Shown here one piece after another: positions 28,400-39,660 of a stretch of DNA of 64,000 bases (positions within the stretch are counted from its first letter, which is position 1; the number at the start of each line of letters is the position of its first letter). The DNA is from Camelus dromedarius. Lineage: Eukaryota. A program made the translations under genes and the position numbers. The notes below the pieces were generated by a model, which was not told where the DNA came from, searched no databases, and saw nothing but the letters and a program-made list of their open reading frames with translations. The stretch lies in NCBI RefSeq assembly GCF_036321535.1, contig NC_087436.1:29452001-29516000 (forward strand), written 5' to 3'.

Positions 28400-29060
28400 A
28401 ATATTTCCTGAAAGAAGACAATGCATCCATGAAGAAATAACAGAATACTATAAAAAGAAGGATAAAATTAATGAATGGGTGCTCTCAGAAAACACAACTA
28501 TGCAACAGAATTGTCAAAAAAAAAAAAACTTAACTGGAAGACAAAGATAAATATCTTATCAAACGTTCAATTAAAAGACAATAATTTGAAAATGGGTGAA
28601 ATAAGGATAGTCAGAAGTATTTTCCGGAGGATACAACATGCAACTATGAGGAATTTTCTAGAAGAAGAAATGAGAAATTGATTAAAGAATATCATCATTG
28701 AAATCACTCAAGAAAACTTTTACAAACTGAAGGACATTGACTTTATGAACTGAAAGAGTTCACTTAATACCCAAAACAACCTACTAAAAAATACATCCAA
28801 GTAGCATTGTTGTCAAATTTTGTAACTATAGAAACAAAGCCACTACAAGATTTCAGAGAAGATAAAAGTGGTGCACAGAGAATTAATAATAACACCAGCA
28901 CTGAACTTCAGAACAGAAACATCAGGAACTTAAAACATGTCTTCACAGTTCTGAAGAGAAATGGTTTCTAACCTAGACTTCTATACTTATCATAGCAAAC
29001 AAACGTGAAGGCAGAATTTGTATATAAGTTATACAAATGGGTTAACAATGACAAAGTTAT
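28400..29060 (+). mobile_element. old L1 ORF1 remnant
   Basis: A-rich degenerate ORF1 motifs (gaaatcactcaagaaaacttttacaaactgaaggac, tctaacctagacttctatac). Confidence 0.55.
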
Positions 29061-31289
29061 CTTACAAAAAACTTTTAAAATAAACTTACAGAGGGTATAG
29101 GCACAAAAGGAGATAGGAAGCCAGAAACAACAACAAAAAAGTGAGATCCTTTAACAGAAGATCCTACAAAATTAAAGATGTGAAGGAAGTACTAGTGTGG
29201 TGATGAAGTGAGATTACAGGTAAACACAAATGTACGACAACAGTTACAGGTTAAAATAGTGGAATTTAGAAGATAGCTATGTTAAAGACTGTCATTGCTG
29301 AAGCATGTTCTCTAATTTCCCACTAATTTAAAGCCGACTTAAGGAAAGTCATATTCACTAAGGAAAGAAATTATATGTTTTACTATAAAAACTGACTCCC
29401 CGAAGTATTTTAGGCATCACATCTAATCAATAAAATTGATGCCTTTCTCAAGTGATTTTTTTGAAAATCGGTTGCATTCTATTCTTGGTCAGGTTTTCTT
29501 GCTTTAAGTTACAAAATTAAGCTCAGTCCTTGAATATATAAACTGTATTATGAATAGGGTATTATCCTGCAACAGTTTCTCACAATGCTAATAAACAATG
29601 AACACTTCAGCACTAGTCTTTCATAAGTTAAATTTACTTTCATGTAGTAATTTTAACTATATAAAGGATGCAATTGGATATGTTCCTTTTTTTTTTTTGG
29701 TATTTTCTGTATTACAATACTTTTAGATGATTTTGAAAAAAATCCTTGCTGTTATCATTACTCCACCAAGTCTAGAAATCTGGCCAAATTTATTAGGTTA
29801 GGGGGATTTAAATGAGGGGCTGAAAAAACACCAATTTCCTGGAATGCAATCATACCCACTTAATCTCTTTTTCTATGACTATACCAGAAAAATCTGCACA
29901 TTAAGTACACCAGAGATTTTGGTTCACATGTAAATTCAGGTTATCTTCCTTAAGAAATTAGTGTTAGTGTGATTTTTTGCATTAAGCTTATTCTTCAAAA
30001 AATAACAACTGCATAAAATATCATTAGAGTGTAGAACATGGAGCAATTATAACTGCTCATTAAACATAGAGTAATTACACAAATAAGTGAAATAGATTGG
30101 ATAATAATACAACTGGGAATTTGTGGAGACTGGAGAAAACTGGTGAAAAAACGTCCCATCAGAAGAGAACGATGTGTTGCCAGCTGATGGTTGCCAGTAA
30201 GAAGTTGATCTTAGTCTTACCAGATCTTATTTTTCAAAGGATGATAAGAATACACATTATTAAACTAAAAGTCTTTGGTCTTTTAAATCTAGAGGCAATC
30301 ACTTTTTTACACACTGATGGACATCAACATGGACACCAAGTTCACCAATTTGCGATCTGCCTCTGTAAAGTGTGCAGACGATGTGGGACAGTTTACGTTT
30401 TGCCATTCCCACGTGGATGGGTAAGATACCAACTGCATAATGAAATATATTTACTGTGTTTATTTTCCAACCTTTATAGGTGGGAAAAAAAGGAACATGC
30501 CAAGTCTCATTTTTCCTTTGAGTAGCAGCATTTTAATGAATATGTACCAATATTTTTTAATTCCCCAATTGTTTACAAGCAGTGACTTTTATAGTCAGAG
30601 GAAAAAACTGAAATTCTAACAAACAGAATCTCTGATCTTCTGAGTGACTGTGTAATGAACAGTAGGACTGACTTAAGAGCACAAAACTCTAAGAAATGTA
30701 ATTTATGTACCTGAAGGATCAAGCTCTTTGGCGATAGGTAATATCAGACCAGGAAAAAAACCAAGATAAGAGATTCAAAGAACTAGACGTTCACTAAAAG
30801 AACACCCTAGACACATAGGCCAGGGAATGATGATAATTTTATCTGGCTCCTCTCGCACTGTAGACTTTCTCAATCCTTTCCTCCACCCTTCTGCCAGCCT
30901 CTAGAGACAGAAAGGAATAGGTGTGTGAATATAGAACTGTTACTGTTAAATCTAATATTATAGAAACTCACGTACTAACCTAAAGAAGCCATGGAGTCCA
31001 GATCCAGAATATTTCTTCAACTCCCTCTCCCCACTCAACCCCACTGAAATATAAATTCCATGAGGGAAAAACACAGATTCAACTCTGTCTCCTAAGTGCA
31101 GAGAAGAGAATCTATAATATAGCAGATGATACATAAGTATTTGTTTAAAGATACAATTACAGTGCATATAGCAATATATATTGGATTCTTCGGAGGTTTT
31201 CAAATATTTGGATTTATTTTGTATAGACATTTTTAGACTTTTCTTAAAAGCTTTTATTGGAAACGAAAGTATCGATTGCAATAGAGTAC

Positions 31290-31990
31290 TGTTTACTAAC
31301 TGCCTATTACATGTCAACAAGTATAAGGGGCTGTAATGGTGAAATTTTTTTAAGCCATGACCCTCATAAAATTATTATCATTGAGGGGATACTGGTAAAC
31401 TCAATAGTCAGCTCAGTGTTATACTTGCTACAGTCAGAACTATTGATCCCAAGGTGAATGGTGTACCTGAGTCAGAATTAAGGGGTCAGGGATTTCCTGG
31501 AGGAAATCACTTTTAAACTAAGACTTGGAAAATTAATAGTAATTAGTTAAGAGAAAGGTTCTGGTTGCTGAAGTTAACATGGAGGCTGAAACAATCAGGG
31601 ACCAGGTTGTTTTAATAGTCATGTAGGACATGACAGTGAGCTTGATCTTTACCCTTAAAAGGACTATCTGACTGCAATACAAATCATCGAGATAGATTGT
31701 ATTACACCAGTCTATACTGCAATACCAGAGAAGCTGTACTGAGACCATTAGGATAGATGTTATTTCAATAATCAGGGGAGGGAGGGTTTTAATACAAATC
31801 ACCAGAACAGCAGTAATGGGATGAAGAGAACCGAAGAGATCTGAACCCTTGAAGTTGCTGTGTGCTGGATACAGTTTAACATCAATGATTTCACAGGGTT
31901 TAATATGTAAAACTGATAGAATTTCTTGATTTATTGGCAGCATTGGAGAGATAAAAGGAGCCAACTATGATGCTGAAGTTTCTGGCTGGT
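31290..31990 (-). mobile_element. L2 LINE remnant
   Basis: tttactaactgcctattacatgtca...cttttaaactaagacttggaa...tgatgctgaagtttctggct pattern typical of reversed L2. Confidence 0.55.
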
Positions 31991-33598
31991 GAGCTACCAC
32001 TGGTAGTGATGTGATTGCAGGGGACATTTTCTCATTAATAAAGCCTTTAGAGAGTAACTCTTTGTTTGCTTTCCAACGTCAAAACTAATAAACCGACAAG
32101 ACATTCACACTGTTTCTTTCTCTATAAAATATTTGGCTTCCCCAGATTGAGTTTCTTCTCTTTTCATTTTTGTGAAGATGTGTATGTTTACCAAGAAAAG
32201 TAATGTGGTTTGGAGAAGTCTCTTACCTTGTTTAGAGAAGACCTACTTATTGAAGAATGAATTCAAGAATTCATGTTATAAACACACACAGAAGCCAGTA
32301 GTTGCCAACTTATGGAAAATCAGCAATGATACCATATTTATTTATAAAACATAATTCCCAATGAAGTATTATGAGAGACATCTTTTTCTGTCACTTGTCA
32401 TTTTCAAAGCCACTGAGCAAAATTTAGCACAAAATGAAGAGCACATTATCAGAAATGGCAGCAACATATGTATTCACAGTTTCATACTGACCTACCCTAT
32501 GTTAATTTCTATAGCCTGGGGTGAGTTGGGCTGTTTCATCTAACAGTGTCATTAGAAATGTAAATTCAACAAAGGTTAGGAAAAGGAGAGTTTCTGTATT
32601 TTCATTAATTTTAAAACATATGATTAAAAAACAGGGAGATTTCACAGCATTGTAAAATCCATACTAAAAAATATTTCAAACATACACTAATTTCAACAGC
32701 TTATTTAACATATTACTTAATAAAATTTAGCTCATTACAGGTAATTCAGTTTCTGTAGTACTCCTTTGTAACAGAGAACCAAAAATGGTATCACTTATTC
32801 TTCAGAACTTGCTCAGTGCTATAGTTAAATCTCCATGTATCTGTCAAGCTGTCTTTCCCTCACTGGAGCTCCTGTCAGAAATAATCATTTCATGGTCTCA
32901 CATTTACAAAGGTGCAAACCCCACATATTCTTGCCTTTTTTATGTCAAAAATTATACAGACATGAAATGTTTAATAAAACTACTGTGGACACACAAGTAA
33001 GCCCCTCCTTTTTGATTTCTGTGTTTTGTTCTGTTTTATTTTTTCAAGAGTAGGTACTGAAATATGGATAATCTGAAGGTTTTAAAAATTTAGCCAAGAT
33101 AATTTATTGGTTTACTACATATATTTATAAAATATAAAGTTAAATAAGAAATTACTCTATTACATTAGTGGATACTTTGTGTAAGTAGAATCCCTAATAT
33201 AAAGTTATTAAAAATGTTTATTTATAAGAGCTAACATCTTCAAGATTATTTAAAAATATGAAGTCTAGCATAGGCTTCTTATCTTCATGCACATCATAAA
33301 ACAGAGAATGACAATGTTCTTATGATTTAATACAAAAACACTAAAATATGCATATTCTAGAGGAAACAGAGTTTACTTTAAATATTGACACAGGTCATAC
33401 ATAACTTAAATAAATCATTAAAAGAAATCACACAGATTTTAGAGATTAAATATCATTTTATGGTACTCCAAGACCTATATCCTGCAAAACTCCTTCATTA
33501 GAAAAAGCATTTGTAGGGATGTTTAAATCATGTAGAATTGTATCTAAAATTGTATTTGTTTTTCTGTAGATGTGAGGAAAAAAATAAATCTGTATTTC

Positions 33599-33609
33599 TT
33601 TCTTATCTT
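33599..33609. repeat. left target-site duplication of the L1 plus transduction unit
   Basis: tttcttatctt, identical to 36084-36094 (extends to 14/15 over 33595-33609 vs 36080-36094). Confidence 0.85.
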
Positions 33610-33625
33610 TTTTTTTTTTTTTTTT

Positions 33626-34134
33626 GTATTCAGTGCTGTTTATTATGGGAATTGCCTTTTTGGACATCATGGGATAGAGCCCTAGCCCCAATCAGAAAAG
33701 AACCAGAAGATTTCTCACATCTGTACTTCCTGTCCCATCTCAAGGGTTTGGACCTGAGGACTCAGTGGCAATGCTCTTGGCATGCCCCTGTGGCTGCAGT
33801 GTCCTCCCTGGGCACAAGGAGAAGCTCTCCTCATTTCAGTCATATCAGGACCAGGCTAGGCAGACAGTGTCCCAGAGCAGAAGGCAGGGAGGTAACCCTT
33901 CTGGTCCAGGAGGGTGGGACTGAACATCGGGCGGGGGCTCCTCCACCTCTCCTTTGGTGGGCGTGTGACTCAGCGGCGGTGACATCAGCCATGACTTCAT
34001 TCCCCTAGAGGAGAGACTGGGTGCAGACCATGAGCGGGGCTCTGGCTCCTGCCCTTCCCTCTCCACGTTTTGTCTCGTCGGGGACATTGTCGTGGTCCTG
34101 CTGTTGTTTTCCATACATCCTTTTCATCTTGCTG
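33626..34134 (-). other. L1 3'-transduced non-repeat genomic segment (GC/CpG-rich)
   Basis: Lies between the inner L1 poly(A) (T-run 34146-34157) and an outer poly(A) (T-run 33608-33625), inside the TSD. Composition differs sharply from the AT-rich flanks. Confidence 0.85.
33639..33644 (-). terminator. AATAAA polyadenylation signal used by the transducing transcript
   Basis: tttatt on the plus strand, 13 nt from the start of the outer poly(A) tract. Confidence 0.85.
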
Positions 34135-34145
34135 TTTTTCTTTTC

Positions 34146-36083
34146 TTTTTTTTTTTTAACATTTTTTTTTATTGATTTATAATCATTTTACAATGTGTCA
34201 AATTCCAGTGTTCAGCACAATTTTTCATTCATTCATCGACATATACACACTCATTGTCACATTTTTTTCTCTGTGAGTTATCATAACATTTTGTGTATAT
34301 TTCCCTGTGCTATACAGTGTAATCTTGTTTATCTATTCTACAATTTTGAAATCCCAGGCTATCCCTTCCCACCCTCCACCCCCCGGTAACCACAAGTCTG
34401 TATTCTCTGTCTGTGAGTCTATTTCTGTCCTGTATTTACGCTTTGTTTTTGTTTGTTTGTTTTTGTTTTTGTTTTTTTGATTCCACATATGTGCGATCTC
34501 ATATGGTATTTTTCTTTCTCTTTCTGGCTTACTTCACTTAGAATGACATTCTCCAGGAGCATCCATGTTGCTGCAAATGGCATTATGTTGTCGGTTTTTA
34601 TGGCTGAGTAGTACTCCATTGTATAAATATACCACCTCTTCTTTATCCAGTCACCTGTTGATGGACATTTAGGCTGTTTCCATGTTTTGGCTATTGTAAA
34701 TAGTGCTGCTATGAACATTGGGGTGCAGGTGTCATCCTGAAGTAGATTTCCTTCTGGATACAAGCCCAGGAGTGGGATTCCTGGGTCATGTGGTAAGTCT
34801 ATTCCTAGTCTTTTGAGGAATCTCCACACTGTTTTCCATAGTGGCTGCACCAAACTGCATTCCCACCAGCAGTGTAGGAGGGTTCCCCTTTCTCCACAGC
34901 CTCTCCAGCATTTGTCATTTGTGGATTTTTGAATGACGGCCATTCTGACTGGTGTGAGGTGATACCTCATTGTAGTTTTGATTTGTATTTCTCTGATAAT
35001 TAGTGATATTGAGCATTTTTTCATGTGCTTTTTGATCATTTGTATGTCTTCCTTGGAGAATTGCTTGTTTAGGTCTTCTGTCCATTTTTGGATTGGGTTG
35101 TTTATTTTTTTCTTATTAAGTCGTATGAGCTGCTTATATATTCTGGAGATCAAGCCTTTGTCGGTTTCACTTGCAAAAATTTTCTCCCATTCCGTAGGTT
35201 TTCTTCTTGTTTTATTTCTGGTTTCCTTTGCTGTGCAGAAGCTTGTAAGTTTCATTAGGTCCCATTTGTTTATTCTTGCTTTTATTTCTTCTAGGAGAAA
35301 ATTCCTGAGATGTATGTCAGATAATGTTTTGCCTATGTTTTCCTCTAGGAGGTTTATTGTATCTTGTCTTATGTTTAAGTCTTTAATCCATTTTGAGTTG
35401 ATTTTTGTACATGGTGTAAGGGAGTGTTCTAGCTTCATTGTTTTACATGCTGCTGTCCAGTTTTCCCAACACCATTTGCTGAAGAGACTGTCTTTATTCC
35501 AATGTATATTCTTGCCTCCTTTGTCAAAGATGAGTTGACCAAAAGTTTGTGGGTTCATTTCTGGGCTCTCTATTCTGTTCCATTGGTCTATATGTCTGTT
35601 TTTGTACCAATACCATGCTGTCTTGATGACTGTAGCTCTATAGTATTGTCTGAAGTCTGGGAGAGTTATTCCTCCAGCCTCTTTCTTTCTCTTCAGTAAT
35701 GCTTTGGCAATTCTAGGTCTTTGATGGTTCCATATGAATTTTATTATGATTTTTTCTAGTTCTGTGAAATATGTCCTCGGTAATTGGATGGGGATTGCAT
35801 TAAATCTGTAGATTGCCTTGGGCAGTGTGACCATTTTAACTATATTGATTCTTCCAATCCAAGAGCATGGAATATCTTTCCATTTTTTAAAGTCTTCTTT
35901 AATTTCCTTCATCAATGGTTTATAGTTTTCTGTGTATAATTCTTTCACCTCCTTGGTTAGATTTATTCCCAGATATTTTATTACTTTGGGTGCTATTTTA
36001 AAGGGGATTGTTTCTTTACTTTCTTCTTCTGTTGATTTATCGTTAGTGTAAAGAAATGCAACTGATTTTTGAACGTTAATTTT
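34146..36083 (-). mobile_element. young 5'-truncated LINE-1
   Basis: Uninterrupted ORF2 3' half, complete 3' UTR with aataaa, and poly(A). Confidence 0.98.
34419..36083 (-). pseudogene. LINE-1 ORF2p C-terminal 554 aa (end of RT, thumb/wrist, CCHC C-terminal domain), 5'-truncated
   Basis: The 509-aa ORF extends 45 codons upstream without a stop ([12 protein letters not shown]...[11 protein letters not shown]). Cys-rich motif [14 protein letters not shown]. Lacks the endonuclease and YADD core, so it is non-autonomous. Confidence 0.95.
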
Positions 36084-36094
36084 TTTCTTATCTT
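36084..36094. repeat. right target-site duplication
   Basis: tttcttatctt followed by ga, giving 5'-TCTT/GA-3', a variant of the L1 endonuclease consensus TTTT/AA. Confidence 0.85.
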
Positions 36095-37709
36095 GATGCT
36101 GTATCTTCCACTAACACTCAGTAGGCTTCAGTTTCAAGACCAAATGTTATAATTGTATTTGTTGGAAAAATGGAACATGATACTTTAGGTCTACAAGATA
36201 ATTCCCAACATACTCATTCCAAGAAGTACTGATTAAACTTCCAGTGGTGCAACATTCAAATCAGTATGGAAATGATATAATTTCATTGAGAAAAATTCTA
36301 ATTTCTATGCTAATTTCGTAAGACTGCACAACATATGTTCATTTAGGATATAGCCTTAATGGGAATTATAAAGACATCTACCAGCAGATTTTATCCCTGC
36401 TATTGACTCCTGAAGTGTTTGTTAAAAAAATATGGATAGCTTCTTTTTCAGGGCTGGAATTTGCTTCTGGAGCTTCAGAGTGGGGCCAGAATTTCTCATT
36501 TTTAAACTGACTTATTAAATTATTTAGCTTCTTATTTTTAGCAAGCTTCTTGATCTCTACTAAATCTGATGATTAATAAGTTGCAGAACCACTGTTTGAA
36601 AAAGTAAAAGAAATTTCCTGGTGTTTGTTCAGAGTATTAGACTTTTTTTCCCTGAATAATCGCCTTTATTCTAGTCCACTGGAGTGGATAAATGGCCAGA
36701 TACTGGAACTAAAATAAAATATCAGAAAAGGGTTTTATGTGTAACACTCAGGACTAGTTTGCTCACTGGGTAATAACCTTATCCAATAATTAGAGTGCTA
36801 GGCTTCCAATTCAGACCCCATTCCTGGTTAACTCTGAGTTTAAATAAGCTACCCAATGTCACTAAATCTCATTTTCTTTATCATTAAGATAAGAATTATA
36901 ATGATATCTTTCAGCAGGGAAGAGAATAAACAAATCAATACATGTTACAATATTTAGAATAGTGCGTGGTATATATAGAGTTAATTTTTTATAAACCATT
37001 ATTAAGTTTACTTTAATTATTAGTTATTTTTTAATTTTGGTAGTGGAAAACATACACAATAACCCAGAAAATTCCTATAGAAAAACAATGACATTCCTTG
37101 GTATAATCATAATCTCACAATATAGAAGTAGGGTCAAAAATACCCTCATACTGTGAAACAAAAGTAATTATCCTGGTTGGAATAAGTTGTAGGAATACCA
37201 GTCATTTCATATAAAAGCCCAATGAAGCAAGCAAATTAAAAAAACAAAACAAACAAACAAAAAACCAGAAAAAAAAGCTTTCCTTGGTCACACACTGGTT
37301 TCCCAATGAGACATGTGCATGAGTAGAGCAACACTTCTATTTTCTTGTTGTCAGTTACTATATAAAAATTTCTTTGCCAAAATTGTTAATTTGGCACACA
37401 ACATTCTTAAAAATATGAAGGCCTTCAGGCAAAAATAATAACAGATTTGTTAAAGTTAATGTACAAGCAGCCTGTCTTTTTCATATGAAACAAAATGACC
37501 TAAGACTTACACCTGAATAGGGTGGTATTGAAATCCAAGTTCCCAACTCCGATTCCAAAACTCTCTCTATTACTACAATTAAAAGAGAAAAAATTTTTAA
37601 ATGATTTCATTTGATATATCTTTCAATAAATGTTCTCTTTTCCGTGGTTTCTGTCACTGGAGCCAATAAAATTTTAATGTAGACTTCTTGTTTTTAATCA
37701 CTAATTATG

Positions 37710-37923
37710 TATCCCTCCTATCCACCTACATTCAAAACGTAATATACTATTATCTCCCACCTACCAACTGCCAGTCTTCCACCCCTTCATTCATTTAATA
37801 TTCATCCTTACATATGATCTCTTTCAAAATAGGTTTTTATGCTATTTAAGAAGGTAGATCAAAATGATAAGATATTAAGCAAATTATATTAACTATATTA
37901 AATTTACCAAAAATAGAAGTAAT
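37710..37923 (+). repeat. left arm of a perfect 214-bp inverted repeat
   Basis: tatccctcctatccacc...aaatagaagtaat is the exact reverse complement of 38110-38323 by manual comparison. Confidence 0.97.
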
Positions 37924-38109
37924 AGACAGTAACATATGTTCTTGACTGTTGTTACTATCATTTAAAAATGGTTACTGTCTATCTGATTTCTACTTAATAT
38001 TTTTAAGTATCTGTTAAGGCAGAAAATTTCTTATACCTTTACATTTTATTCGTTAACATTCTTAACTAAACTTTCAACACATACATAGCACTTTTCCAAT
38101 CTGTTGTAA

Positions 38110-38323
38110 ATTACTTCTATTTTTGGTAAATTTAATATAGTTAATATAATTTGCTTAATATCTTATCATTTTGATCTACCTTCTTAAATAGCATAAAAAC
38201 CTATTTTGAAAGAGATCATATGTAAGGATGAATATTAAATGAATGAAGGGGTGGAAGACTGGCAGTTGGTAGGTGGGAGATAATAGTATATTACGTTTTG
38301 AATGTAGGTGGATAGGAGGGATA
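38110..38323 (-). repeat. right arm of a perfect 214-bp inverted repeat
   Basis: attacttctattttt...ggataggagggata; 186-bp spacer at 37924-38109. Confidence 0.97.
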
Positions 38324-38454
38324 ACTCACAGAGAAAAAAATGCGACAATGAGTGTGTGTATGTCCATGAATAACTGAAAAATTGTGCTGAACACTGGAAT
38401 TTGACACAACATTGTAAAATGATTATAAATCAATAAAAAATGTTAAAAAAAAAA
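38320..38454 (+). mobile_element. very short (~135 bp) LINE-1 3' end with poly(A)
   Basis: gataactcacagagaaaaaaatg...aatcaataaaaaatgttaaaaaaaaaa matches the reverse complement of ~34150-34282, with about five substitutions, a 3-bp indel and an A-run length difference. Confidence 0.95.
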
Positions 38455-38461
38455 GAACTTA

Positions 38462-39055
38462 TGTATAAGTTGTTTACTGTGACCATAACAATTTGCTGCA
38501 AATTTAGAGGCTTAATATAACACAAATTTATTATCTTAGAGGTTGGAAGTTTTGTGGGCTTGGCTGGTATCTCTACTTCTTATTTCACAAGTTTGAAATG
38601 AAATTATCAGCAGGGTTGACCTGAGGGTGAATTCACTTCCAGACTCATTCAGGTTGTTGGCCGAATTCAGGTGGCAGGACTGAGGTCCTCGTTTGCTTGC
38701 TAGCTTTTGATTGAGGGTCATTCTCAGTTTGTAGAGACAGTGTGCACTCCCTGGCTCATGGCTGTCTTCATTTTCAAAGGAAGCAACAGTGGAGTAAGCC
38801 CCTCTACTTTTTAAATACCTGCTAACCTTCTTTCTGTGTATCTCTCTGCCTTATACTTCTGCCTCTCTCTTCTACTATTAAGGACCCATAAGATTATATT
38901 GAGCCCACCACAATAATTCAAGAAAATACTGGAAAATCTGAAAAGTCCCTTTTGTAATGTAATATAACTTGTTCTCAGGTTCTAGAGATTAGGACATAGA
39001 CATCTTTGGTGGGGTATGGGAGGGTGGGAACAGTAGGCATTATCTACCAATCTCA
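38462..39055 (-). mobile_element. MaLR (MLT1-type) solo LTR
   Basis: aaatttagaggcttaatataacacaaatttattatctta...gattaggacatagacatctttgg motifs. Confidence 0.8.
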
Positions 39056-39209
39056 GTATAGTTAAAAGAGGGTGATAAGGTATTAAGATTCAATGGCTTT
39101 GTGGCTTGTTTATTCAATCAAATATTTTCTTTTATTTTGATCTTTTCAAAAAGGGTAGAAATCACATTTTTTGCACCCACTTCAGTGTGAAACCATGAAA
39201 CTTATACCA

Positions 39210-39660
39210 ATTTATTCAACAAGTATTCATTGGGAACTATCCTGTGATAGGCTCTACTCCAGGCACTAGGGCTAGAGAGGTAACGAAGATAAGAAAATGT
39301 TCCTGTACTTGTGGAGTTTACAGTCTAGTGAAGGAAACAATGAATAATTTTTATTATAATCTAAAATGATGTTAATTGCAATGAACACATTTAAAAGGCA
39401 GGCAAGAAGGTAGACACTGAGTTGAGAATGGTAACATTTTAAGAAATGATTCAATTAGAACCAGGGGAAAGATATTTTCAGGGTGTATGAATGAGTAAGG
39501 GTGACAGTCATTAAGGAGACTGAACTATTCAAGAAAGGCAAGAGGGCCAAGGTGGATAAAACAAAAAAGCAAGAACAATAGGAGGGAAACTAAATAAGAT
39601 AAGTAGACTATGGTGAAGAATTTGAATATTAAGCTTGGGATAATAAGAAGGTTTTGAACA
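39210..39660 (-). mobile_element. L2 LINE 3' remnant
   Basis: tttattcaacaagtattcattgggaactatcctgtgataggc...tggagtttacagtctagtg. Confidence 0.65.

Noticed and set aside
33538..34114. 156-aa plus and 89-aa minus ORFs over the transduced segment, as a possible retrogene
   Set aside because: The plus ORF crosses the TSD and poly(T) (FFFFF run). Neither resembles a protein I recognise, and GC-rich sequence readily gives such ORFs.
34978..35699. 186-aa and 65-aa plus-strand ORFs
   Set aside because: Antisense shadows of L1 ORF2, a common artefact of L1 composition. The same applies to the ORFs at 24108-24329, 24666-24938 and 56140-56525.
37710..38323. Inverted repeat as a MITE or foldback transposon
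   Set aside because: No TSD outside the arms, no recognisable TIR motif, and the right arm is fused by microhomology to an L1 3' end. A genome-wide copy-number search is still needed to exclude it fully.
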